From an uncultured bacterium (GTDB taxonomy: Bacteria; Gemmatimonadota; Gemmatimonadetes; Gemmatimonadales; Gemmatimonadaceae), in assembly GCA_963978095.1 (NCBI GenBank), contig CAXBQP010000022.1, forward strand, positions 1 to 46,427: a stretch of DNA of 46,427 bases, given 5' to 3'. Shown in pieces: positions 22,563-31,162 of this stretch (its first letter is position 1; the number at the start of each line of letters is the position of its first letter). The notes below the pieces were generated by a model. It ran no database searches. It saw only the letters and a program-made list of their open reading frames with translations, and had not been told where the DNA came from. The translations under genes and the position numbers were made by a program.

Positions 22563-23895
22563 ACACGACGCGGGCCGGGCGGCGGCACTCCGCGAACAGG
22601 TCCTCGCGTTGGTCGCCGACTATCACGCGGCCTCGCACCCCGCGAGCGCGGCGTTCGTTCCCGGCGAGACCCCGGTTCCGGTCTCCGGACGGGTGTACGA
22701 CGCCAGCGACATGCAGCTGCTGGTGGACGCCGGTCTGGATTTCTGGCTGACCACCGGACGGTTCGCCACCACGTTCGAACGCCGGTTCGCACAGATCATG
22801 GAGACGCGCCACGCGATCCTGGTGAACTCGGGATCGTCCGCCAACCTGCTGGCCGTCACCGCGCTCACCTCGCCACAACTCGGTGAACGCGCCTTGAAGC
22901 CGGGCGACGAAGTCATCACGGTGGCCGCCGGTTTTCCGACGACCGTCAACCCGATCTTCCAGAACGGCCTCGTGCCGGTGTTCGTGGACATCGCATTGCC
23001 ATCGTACGGCATCGATGTGTCGCAGCTCGAGGCCGCGAGGTCCGACCGGACGCGCGCGATCATCGTCGCGCATGCGCTGGGCAATCCGTACGATCTCGAG
23101 GCCGTCGCGACCTTCGCGCAGCAACACGGGCTCTGGCTCATCGAGGATTGCTGCGACGCCGTCGGCGCGCGCTTCGACGGGCGATCGGTCGGCACCTTCG
23201 GCGATCTCGCGACCGTCAGCTTCTATCCGGCGCATCACGTCACGATGGGCGAAGGGGGATGCGTCCTGACGGCATCCCCCAAACTCAAGCGGATCGTGGA
23301 ATCGTTCCGGGATTGGGGGCGCGACTGCTGGTGTGAGACCGGACAGAGCGACACCTGCGGCAAGCGCTTCGGATGGCAACTCGGCGAGCTTCCGCCGTGC
23401 TACGACCACAAATACATCTATTCGCACATCGGCTACAACCTCAAAATCACGGACATGCAGGCGGCCGTCGGCGTGGCGCAGCTGGCGCACCTCGACGGAT
23501 TCATCGCCGCGCGCCGCCGCAATTACGAGATGCTGCGCGCGGAGTTGGATGAACTCTCCGATGTGCTGGAGTTCGCGACGGTCCACCCGAAAGCCGAGCC
23601 GTCGTGGTTCGGATTCCCGATGCGCGTGCGAGAAAGCGCCGGATTCCAGCGGGCGGACCTGGTGCGATTCCTCGAGGGACGGAAGATCGCGACCCGGGTG
23701 CTGTTCGGCGGCAATCTCGTACGGCAGCCGGCCTATGCGGGACGTGCGTTCCGCGTGATTGGTGACCTGGGCAACAGCGATCAGGTCATGCGCGGGACCC
23801 TTTGGATCGGAACGTGGCCAGGGCTGACGGCGCCGATGTTGCGTTGGATGGTGGAAAGCCTTCGCGCGTTCTGTCGCGACGGCGTTCGCGCATAG
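22555..23895 (+). CDS. rfbH: CDP-4-keto-6-deoxy-D-glucose 3-dehydrase (E1, DdhC/AscC)
   Basis: [14 protein letters not shown] has His at the usual Schiff-base Lys position. Fe-S Cys motifs IEDCCDA and RDCWC...DTC. Also [14 protein letters not shown]. Confidence 0.93.
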   Translation: MAEHDAGRAAALREQVLALVADYHAASHPASAAFVPGETPVPVSGRVYDASDMQLLVDAGLDFWLTTGRFATTFERRFAQIMETRHAILVNSGSSANLLAVTALTSPQLGERALKPGDEVITVAAGFPTTVNPIFQNGLVPVFVDIALPSYGIDVSQLEAARSDRTRAIIVAHALGNPYDLEAVATFAQQHGLWLIEDCCDAVGARFDGRSVGTFGDLATVSFYPAHHVTMGEGGCVLTASPKLKRIVESFRDWGRDCWCETGQSDTCGKRFGWQLGELPPCYDHKYIYSHIGYNLKITDMQAAVGVAQLAHLDGFIAARRRNYEMLRAELDELSDVLEFATVHPKAEPSWFGFPMRVRESAGFQRADLVRFLEGRKIATRVLFGGNLVRQPAYAGRAFRVIGDLGNSDQVMRGTLWIGTWPGLTAPMLRWMVESLRAFCRDGVRA

Positions 23896-23902
23896 CAAAG
23901 CC

Positions 23903-24853
23903 GTGCTCCGCTCGTTCGTCGGCGCGCTCCCGGTGTTGCGTCCGCTGGTTCGGAAGCTGGCGTTCCGTCGTGCGCGCGCGCTCGTGCACGACCTGGGCGC
24001 AACATTGGAACGACGCGATGACGTGCTCTGGTTGACGCGCAACGGACGGACGATCGTTCTTGCCGACGCCCATCTCCCCTTTGCGCCCGAGATCGCAGCG
24101 GCGTTCGACGACTTTTTCGGCGCCGTCGAGGCGACGACCGACAACCGCCGCCGCGATTTCTCCGTGCCCGCGGAGCACCATGTCGCCGCGCTCGGCGGAC
24201 CCTTCTGGCTCAGCAGTCCGATCGAAGGCATGCGAGTCCTGGAACAGTATGCAAGCGAGATGCGGCCGTCGGCGGGAGATTGCGTGTTCGACCTCGGGGC
24301 GAACTGCGGACTGTCCACGGTGATGCTCGCGCGGCTGGTCGGACCGACCGGGGCGGTGCATGCGTGGGAGCCAGATCCCGGAAATCGCGCCATGCTCGAG
24401 CGGAACGTTGCCCGATACGCACCGACCATCGCTGTCGTGCATCCCGAAGCCATCGGTGGACGGGCGGGCCGCCGATCGTTCACTGCCGAGGCCAGTTTGG
24501 GTGCCGGATTCGCGGCGCTGGTCCCGCGCGCAGGTCTTGCGCCGGTAATCGACGTCCCGGTCGTGACCCTCGAAGGTGCGGCCCAACGGGCGGGTCGCAT
24601 CCCGACGTCGATCAAGATGGATGTCGAAGGCGCGGAACTCGAGATCGTGGAGGCCGCACGTTCGTGGCTACAGGTCCACCGGCCCACCCTCGTGATCGAC
24701 ACGCAGCATCGCATCGCTGGGGCGTACACCGACCGACGGATCGAGGCCCTGCTGTCGGAGATCGGGTACGTGGTGCGGACGCAGGTGACACGTGGGAGCC
24801 GGCTGACCTCCGCGGTTCACCGGGACGCCGTGCGAGGCTCCGCGACCCGGTGA
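23903..24853 (+). CDS. FkbM family SAM-dependent methyltransferase
   Basis: VFDLGANCG, VHAWEPDP.N, IKMDVEGAE. Confidence 0.85.
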   Translation: MLRSFVGALPVLRPLVRKLAFRRARALVHDLGATLERRDDVLWLTRNGRTIVLADAHLPFAPEIAAAFDDFFGAVEATTDNRRRDFSVPAEHHVAALGGPFWLSSPIEGMRVLEQYASEMRPSAGDCVFDLGANCGLSTVMLARLVGPTGAVHAWEPDPGNRAMLERNVARYAPTIAVVHPEAIGGRAGRRSFTAEASLGAGFAALVPRAGLAPVIDVPVVTLEGAAQRAGRIPTSIKMDVEGAELEIVEAARSWLQVHRPTLVIDTQHRIAGAYTDRRIEALLSEIGYVVRTQVTRGSRLTSAVHRDAVRGSATR

Positions 24854-24883
24854 TAGCTTAGAGACAGACTGCGAGGCAACCCC

Positions 24884-25975
24884 GTGATCAACCAAGACCC
24901 GTTCGAGGATCTCTTTGTCCTCGAAATGACCAACAATCATCAGGGACGGCTCGATCGTGCCCTGGCGATCGTTCGTGCACATTCACGCGTGGTGCGGTTC
25001 AACGGAGTACGCGCGGCGATCAAGTTGCAGTTCCGGGACACCGAGCGGTTCGTGCATCCGGCGTTCCGGGACCGGACCGACATTCGCTACATCCGTCGCG
25101 TTATGGAGACGCGGCTCGCCCACGACGACTACCGCACGATCGTGGAGCATATCCGGAAGAACGGCTGCATCCCGATGGCCACGCCGTTCGACGAACGCTC
25201 GGTGGACTTCTGCGTCGAACTCGCGTTGCCGATCATCAAGATCGCGAGCGCGGACAGCAACGACTGGTTGCTCGTCGAGCGCATCGCGGCGACCCGGAAG
25301 CCGGTGATTGTCTCCTTCGGCGGAACTCCGCTCAAGGACATGGATGATCTCGTCACCTTCTTCGAGCGCCGGAACATCCCCCTGGCCATCAATCATTGCG
25401 TCGCAGCGTACCCGCACGAGGATTCGGAAGCGCAGTTGCATCAGATCGATTTCCTGCGACAGCGATATCAGGGCCACACGATCGGGTACTCCTGTCATGA
25501 GTATCACGACTGGACCACCTCCATGCATATCGCGTACGCCAAAGGCGCACGCACCTTCGAACGCCATATCGACATCACCGAAGGAAATGACACGGTCGCC
25601 CCGTATTCATCGCTGCCGGATCAAGTGGATCACTGGTTCAAGGCCTTCCGCAAGGCGCGCGAATTCTGCGGCAATGCGCAGACGACGCGACTGGTGCCGT
25701 TGGATCGCGAGCTCGCCTACCTGGATTCCTATGTCCGCGGCGTCTACGCCGCACGGGACCTGCAGGTCGGCGAGCTGCTGACCGACGCCGACATCTTCAT
25801 GGCGATCCCCCTGCAAAAGGGCCAGTTGTCCACCCGTGAGCTCATGCTCGGCACCTTTGGGCACCGGATGCGTCGCCCATGTCGGCGCGACGAGCCCATC
25901 ACGATCGATCACATCGATACGCCGTACCGCGACCATCCGCAGATGCGGCAGCAGATCCTCGAGCGCGGTATCTGA
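24884..25975 (+). CDS. NeuB/SpsE-family PEP-dependent ulosonate synthase with C-terminal SAF domain (divergent subtype)
   Basis: LEMTNNHQG, IKLQFRD, ATPFDE.SVD, KIASAD, HCVAAYP, GYSCHE, FERH, then RGVYAARDL (SAF). Confidence 0.85.
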   Translation: MINQDPFEDLFVLEMTNNHQGRLDRALAIVRAHSRVVRFNGVRAAIKLQFRDTERFVHPAFRDRTDIRYIRRVMETRLAHDDYRTIVEHIRKNGCIPMATPFDERSVDFCVELALPIIKIASADSNDWLLVERIAATRKPVIVSFGGTPLKDMDDLVTFFERRNIPLAINHCVAAYPHEDSEAQLHQIDFLRQRYQGHTIGYSCHEYHDWTTSMHIAYAKGARTFERHIDITEGNDTVAPYSSLPDQVDHWFKAFRKAREFCGNAQTTRLVPLDRELAYLDSYVRGVYAARDLQVGELLTDADIFMAIPLQKGQLSTRELMLGTFGHRMRRPCRRDEPITIDHIDTPYRDHPQMRQQILERGI

Positions 25976-27795
25976 TGCGCGTCGCCGAGTACCTCATGGA
26001 GCGCGCGGTCGCGCTGGGCGTTGATCAGGCGTTTCTGGTGACCGGCGGCGGCGCGATGTACCTCAATGACGCCATCGGACATACGCCCGGGCTGTCCTGG
26101 CTGTGTACCCATCACGAGCAGGCGGCGGCGATGGCAGCGGAGGGCTATGCGCGCGTCCGTGGCCGGCCTGCATTGTGCAACGTGACCACGGGGCCGGGTG
26201 GCATCAACGCCATCAACGGCGTGTTCGGCGCGTGGACCGACTCGATCCCGATGCTCGTGATCTCCGGTCAGGTCAAGCGCCAAACGGTCGCGGCCAATTT
26301 TCCGGGATCCGGGTTGCGGCAACTCGGCGACCAAGAAGTCGACATCCTCGGCATGGTCCGTGGCATCACCAAGTACGCCGTGTCGCTCGATGCGCCGGGC
26401 GATGCCCGCTACGTGATCGAGCGCGCCCTGCATCTCGCGACCACCGGGCGCCCGGGACCCGTCTGGATCGATGTCCCGATCGATGTGCAGGCCGCCGTGG
26501 CGGATCTCGCGCACATGCGCGCGTACGATCCGGACGACGACTCCGCCGCTGCCCCCCCACCGGTCCGTGAGACGGACGTGCAGGCAATCGTGGCGCGCAT
26601 GGCAACGGCGCAACGGCCGGTCGTCATGGTGGGTTCCGGCGTTCGGATCGCCGGCGCGACCGCCGTACTGCTCGAGGTCGTGCAGGCCCTTGGTGTGCCG
26701 GTCGTCACGGCGTGGACCGCTGTCGACACCGTGCCCACGGATTTCCCGCTCTTCGGTGGGCGCCCGGGAACCGTCGGTGATCGTGCCGGGAATTTCACGG
26801 TGCAGAACAGTGATCTCCTGCTCGTGATCGGGTGTCGCCTCAATATCCGGCAGGTCAGCTATAACTGGAGCGCGTTCGCGCCGCAGGCGTGGATTGCACA
26901 GGTCGACGCGGACGACGCGGAGCTGCGGAAGCCGACCGTGCGGCCGCACCTGCCCGTCCATGCGGACGCTCGGCGATTCCTCGAGTGTCTGCGCGCCCAT
27001 CTCGCGCAGGACGCGTGGGATGCGACGCGGTACGCGCCGTGGGTGCAGTGGGTGCGCGAGCGGGTGCGGCGCTACCCCGTCGTCCAGCCCGCGCAACGCC
27101 TCACGCCCGATGAGTGGGTGAATCCGTATCATGCCCTCGATCGGCTGTTCCAGCTGTTCGCGGACGACGAGGTGATCGTCTGCGGAGATGGTTCCGCGTG
27201 CGTCATCACGAACCAGGTCGCGACCATCCGCGGCACGCAACGCCTCTTCACGAACAGCGGAAGCGCCTCGATGGGCTACGATCTCCCCGCCGCGATAGGT
27301 GCCGCAGTCGCACGTGGTGGCGGTCGTGTCGTCTGCCTGGCGGGCGACGGCAGCGTGCAACTCAATCTCCAGGAACTGCAGACGGTCGCCCATCACCGGC
27401 TTCCCATCACGCTGTTCGTCCTGAACAACGGCGGCTATCTCTCCATGCGGGGATCCCAGCGCGGCGCGTTCGGCCGACTCGTCGGTGCGGACGCGACCAG
27501 CGGGATCTCCTTTCCCGACACGCAGCGCATCGCGGGTGCCTACGGACTCCCGTTTTTCCGCGCCGCTGGTCCCGACTTCGAATCCGCGATGCGTGAGGCG
27601 TTAGCCTGCGGCGGACCGGCTATCTGCGAGGTGGTGCTGGATCCGGCACAGTTGTTCGAGCCGAAGCTGGGCTCGCGCGCACTGGCCGATGGCACCATGG
27701 TCTCACCGCCGCTCGAAGACATGTCACCCCTGCTGAATCGAGCAGAGCTGGCGTCGAACATGGTGTCGTCGATGTCGCCGAAGGTCGACGCATGA
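25975..27795 (+). CDS. ThDP-dependent enzyme, YerE-like (acetolactate synthase superfamily), copy 1
   Basis: GGGAMYLND, HHEQAA (catalytic Glu), TTGPGG, SGQVKR, GRPGPVW, SMGY, GDGS..LNNGGY, PLEDM. TGATG overlap with the NeuB gene. Confidence 0.87.
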   Translation: MRVAEYLMERAVALGVDQAFLVTGGGAMYLNDAIGHTPGLSWLCTHHEQAAAMAAEGYARVRGRPALCNVTTGPGGINAINGVFGAWTDSIPMLVISGQVKRQTVAANFPGSGLRQLGDQEVDILGMVRGITKYAVSLDAPGDARYVIERALHLATTGRPGPVWIDVPIDVQAAVADLAHMRAYDPDDDSAAAPPPVRETDVQAIVARMATAQRPVVMVGSGVRIAGATAVLLEVVQALGVPVVTAWTAVDTVPTDFPLFGGRPGTVGDRAGNFTVQNSDLLLVIGCRLNIRQVSYNWSAFAPQAWIAQVDADDAELRKPTVRPHLPVHADARRFLECLRAHLAQDAWDATRYAPWVQWVRERVRRYPVVQPAQRLTPDEWVNPYHALDRLFQLFADDEVIVCGDGSACVITNQVATIRGTQRLFTNSGSASMGYDLPAAIGAAVARGGGRVVCLAGDGSVQLNLQELQTVAHHRLPITLFVLNNGGYLSMRGSQRGAFGRLVGADATSGISFPDTQRIAGAYGLPFFRAAGPDFESAMREALACGGPAICEVVLDPAQLFEPKLGSRALADGTMVSPPLEDMSPLLNRAELASNMVSSMSPKVDA

Positions 27796-28844
27796 ATCGT
27801 CCCGGTGCGGCGCTCCCCACCGCGGACCTGGTCCACGCCATCGACCACGCGCGCGACGCCATGGAGGCGTGCCGCGGCGCGCGACTGCTGGTGACCGGCG
27901 CCTCGGGATTTGTGGGAAGCTGGCTGCTGGAATCCGCGTTGCATGTGAGTCGGGCCCTGTCACTGGACCTGCAGGTCACCGCGCTCGTCCGCGACCGCGC
28001 TCGCTTCGCGGCGTCCTTGCCGCATTTGGCCACGGCCCCCACGCTGACCCTGGTCGAAGGAGACATCCGCACATGCGAATTGCCGATGCGCGATATCACG
28101 CACATCGTGCACTGTGCCTCGGCGTCGTCCCCGGCGATGGTGGCGGAGCGGCCGGACGAGGTGGTGGACATCATCGAGCGCGGGACCACCCATATGTTGG
28201 AGCTCGCCCGTCAGTCGGCGGGGGTGCGTTTTCTGCAGATGAGCTCGGGTTCCGTGTACGGGCCGCAACCGGGAGGGGTGGGGTCGCTCGCGGAGCGCTT
28301 CGACGGCACCGCCGACCACCGTGATCCGCGCCAACGGTTCGGCGCCGCCAAACGCCGCGCGGAGCAGGCAGGCGAGGCTGCCGTGGCGCAGGGCGTCGCG
28401 TTCGTCAGCGCGCGGGCGTTTGCCTTGGTCGGTCCCCGACTGCCGCTCGACGCGGCGTTTGCCCTCGGCAACTTCCTCGGCGATGCCCTTGCCGGTCGGT
28501 CGATCAGCATCAACAGTGACGGGACGGTCGAACGGTCCTGGCTGCATATGGCAGACCTCACGGCATGGTGCTGGACACTGTTGGCGCGCGGAGTGCCCGG
28601 ACGTGCCTACAACGTCGGCGCCGCGGAGTCGATGTCGCTATGGGAGGCCGCACACCGCGTCGCACGATTGCCCGCGCCGCCGGTCACGGTGCGACGCTTG
28701 CTCGAGCCATCGCCCGGCGTGGAGCCCTCGCGCTATATTCCCGACATAGCCCGTGCGCGCGTTGAGTTGGGACTCGACGCCTGGATTCCGTTCGACGATG
28801 CGATCCGCCGCACTTGGGGCTGGCTTCGGAACCTTCCGGCATGA
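27792..28844 (+). CDS. NAD-dependent epimerase/dehydratase family SDR with Phe at the catalytic Tyr position
   Basis: GASGFVG, SSGSVYG, FGAAK where YxxxK is expected, ARAFALVGP, AYNVG. Confidence 0.82.
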   Translation: MNRPGAALPTADLVHAIDHARDAMEACRGARLLVTGASGFVGSWLLESALHVSRALSLDLQVTALVRDRARFAASLPHLATAPTLTLVEGDIRTCELPMRDITHIVHCASASSPAMVAERPDEVVDIIERGTTHMLELARQSAGVRFLQMSSGSVYGPQPGGVGSLAERFDGTADHRDPRQRFGAAKRRAEQAGEAAVAQGVAFVSARAFALVGPRLPLDAAFALGNFLGDALAGRSISINSDGTVERSWLHMADLTAWCWTLLARGVPGRAYNVGAAESMSLWEAAHRVARLPAPPVTVRRLLEPSPGVEPSRYIPDIARARVELGLDAWIPFDDAIRRTWGWLRNLPA

Positions 28845-31162
28845 CCAGCAGGGAACGCCATCTCCAGATCGGCACGAGACGGATCGGCCCTGGCGAGCCG
28901 TGTTATGTCATCGCGGAAATCGGGTTGAATCACAACGGCAGTCTCGACATTGCCAAGCAGCTGGTCGATGCTGCCGTCGCGGCCGGTGCCGATGCCGTGA
29001 AATTCCAGAAGCGCACACTCGTCGAGACGTATCGCCGGGAGATCCTCGAGCAACCCCGACGTGGAGAGCAGGGGTTGCAATACATCGTGCCCCTGCTGGT
29101 CGAGTTCGAACTGTCGGACGACGATTTCCGGGAGCTCCATCAATATTGCCGGGCCCGCGGTACGACGTTCATGTGCACCCCGTGGGACCTGGGGAGCGTC
29201 GACTTCCTCGAGACGATGGCGCTCGACGGCTACAAGATCGGCTCGCCCGACATGACGAATTTCCCGCTCATCGAACACGTCGTGTCGACGCGGAAACCGC
29301 TGCTGCTCTCCACCGGTATGTCCACGGAAGAGGAGATCCGCCGGACGCTCGCCTATCTCGGTGACCTGAATGCCGATTACGCGCTCTTTCACTGCGTGAG
29401 CACGTATCCGGCCGCGGCGGAAGAGATCAACCTCCGCTTCATGGAGACGCTTCGGGAGTGGTCCGGTCGCCCGGTCGGGTACTCCGGCCATGACACGGGC
29501 ACCGCCATTTCGCTCGCGGCCGTCGCGATGGGCGCGCGAATGCTCGAGCGGCATCTGACGCTGGACCGCTCGATGCGGGGGCCGGACCACAAAGCGAGTC
29601 TCGAGCCCGCCCAGTTTGCCGAACAGGTGCGGGCGGTTCGTGACGTGGAAGCCTCGCTGGGTGCTCCGCATCGCTGGCTCACGCGCGGTGAAACGCTCAA
29701 CCGCCGTACGCTGAGCAAGAGTCTGGTGGCCGCGACATCCATCGGTGCGGGAACTCCGATCACCCGCGCGATGATCGTGAGCAAGAGCCCGGGGCTCGGC
29801 CTCTCGCCGCAGTTCGTGGATCGGCTCGTCGGTCGCACCCTGGACCGCGATCTCGCGCCCGACGATCCCTTTCTGCCGGCGGATCTGGAGGACCGCGAGG
29901 TCTCCGCCGGTTCGGCACGTCCGATCGACGTCGGTACGCCGTGGGGCATCGTCGCGCGCTTCCTCGACCTCCCGGCGCTCGAGGCACGCTTCGCCCCACA
30001 GGGGATGCATTTCGTCGAGTTCCATGTGAGTGACCGCGATCTCGACGCGGGTGCCGAGGCCTACACCGGAGGGACGAAGCCCTACGGACTCGTGATCCAC
30101 GCCCCGGAGTACGCCCATGACGTCCTCATCGATCTCTGCGCGGAGGATGTGGCACAACGCACGCTGAGCGCCGCACGGATCCAGAAGACCGTCGACCTCG
30201 CGCGCGCGCTCGCCCCGCACTTCACGCTGGATCCGGCGGCCTTTCCGCACGGCCCGAAGGTCGTGATGCATGTCGGCGGGATGTGGCCGCGTCCCGGCGG
30301 CTACGATGTTGAAGCAGCCACCATGCGCCTGCTCGACGCGCTCGCCACCATCGACAGCACCGGCGTCGATCTCCTGCTCGAGAACCTTCCTCCGTACCCG
30401 TGGTACTTCGGTGGACGATGGTTCGGGCACGTCGCCTGTGACGCCGAGAACACGGCACGCTTGTGTCGGGAATCGGGCCTCGGGCTCTGCTTCGACACCT
30501 CGCATGCAGCGCTCGAGTGCGCGCGCAGCGGCGCGAGTCTCAAGGCGTTCGCGGAGCAGGTCGCCCCCTACGTCCGTCACCTGCACGTGAGCGATGGCGC
30601 CGGAGTCTCCGGGGAGGGGCTGCAGGTCGGAGAGGGCACCGTGAACTTCGTCGAACTTCTCCCGATCCTCTCAGCCCGTCGCCCAACGATGATCCCCGAG
30701 ATCTGGATGGGGCATCACGAGGCGGGCGCAGGATTCCAGACCGCCCTCGAGCACCTCACCGATGTCCACTGGGCGGACAGCGCCCTGCAACGCGGGACGG
30801 ACGTCGCCTCACGCCCCGATCTCGAGGCCCTGACGGTCGGCCACAGCGCGACGCTCTTCACGGCCCTTCGCGCCATCGATGCCAACCGGATGGGGATCGT
30901 CTTCGTGCTGGACGACACTGGTCGTGTGGTCGGCGTGATGACGGACGGCGACGTCCGCCATTGTTTCGTGCGCGGCTTTGGTCTCCACTCCAGCGTGCGC
31001 GAAGTCATGACCCGCGAGTTCACCTACGGCACGGCGGGCGAATCCGCGGCGGCGCTGCTGGCCAGACTCCCCGGTCGCACCCGCCTCATGCCGATCCTCG
31101 ATGCGAATGGACGGCTGATCGACTACGCCAATCCGGTCCATCTCCCGGAGACCATCGCGTGA
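28841..31162 (+). CDS. NeuB-family synthase fused to SAF, a xylose-isomerase-like TIM barrel and a C-terminal CBS pair
   Basis: IAEIGLNHNG, VKFQKR, KIGS, HCVSTYP, GYSGHD, LERHLTLD, GPDH. SAF starts at SKSLVA. TIM barrel has LLENLPP, CFDTSHA, HLHVSD, PEIW. CBS has GVMTDGDVR. Confidence 0.87.
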   Translation: MTSRERHLQIGTRRIGPGEPCYVIAEIGLNHNGSLDIAKQLVDAAVAAGADAVKFQKRTLVETYRREILEQPRRGEQGLQYIVPLLVEFELSDDDFRELHQYCRARGTTFMCTPWDLGSVDFLETMALDGYKIGSPDMTNFPLIEHVVSTRKPLLLSTGMSTEEEIRRTLAYLGDLNADYALFHCVSTYPAAAEEINLRFMETLREWSGRPVGYSGHDTGTAISLAAVAMGARMLERHLTLDRSMRGPDHKASLEPAQFAEQVRAVRDVEASLGAPHRWLTRGETLNRRTLSKSLVAATSIGAGTPITRAMIVSKSPGLGLSPQFVDRLVGRTLDRDLAPDDPFLPADLEDREVSAGSARPIDVGTPWGIVARFLDLPALEARFAPQGMHFVEFHVSDRDLDAGAEAYTGGTKPYGLVIHAPEYAHDVLIDLCAEDVAQRTLSAARIQKTVDLARALAPHFTLDPAAFPHGPKVVMHVGGMWPRPGGYDVEAATMRLLDALATIDSTGVDLLLENLPPYPWYFGGRWFGHVACDAENTARLCRESGLGLCFDTSHAALECARSGASLKAFAEQVAPYVRHLHVSDGAGVSGEGLQVGEGTVNFVELLPILSARRPTMIPEIWMGHHEAGAGFQTALEHLTDVHWADSALQRGTDVASRPDLEALTVGHSATLFTALRAIDANRMGIVFVLDDTGRVVGVMTDGDVRHCFVRGFGLHSSVREVMTREFTYGTAGESAAALLARLPGRTRLMPILDANGRLIDYANPVHLPETIA

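Noticed and set aside
22498..30586. Long antisense ORFs (22498..24729, 25909..27396, 28733..30586)
   Set aside because: They are shadows of well-supported + strand genes and have no recognisable motifs.
30463..31158. N-terminal extension of the second ThDP enzyme (835-aa ORF)
   Set aside because: It overlaps the NeuB fusion in another frame, and homology to the first ThDP enzyme begins at 31159.
24884..31162. Conventional sialic, legionaminic or pseudaminic acid pathway
   Set aside because: No NeuA, NeuC, aminotransferase, acetyltransferase or sialyltransferase is in the window. It cannot be excluded if those genes lie elsewhere.
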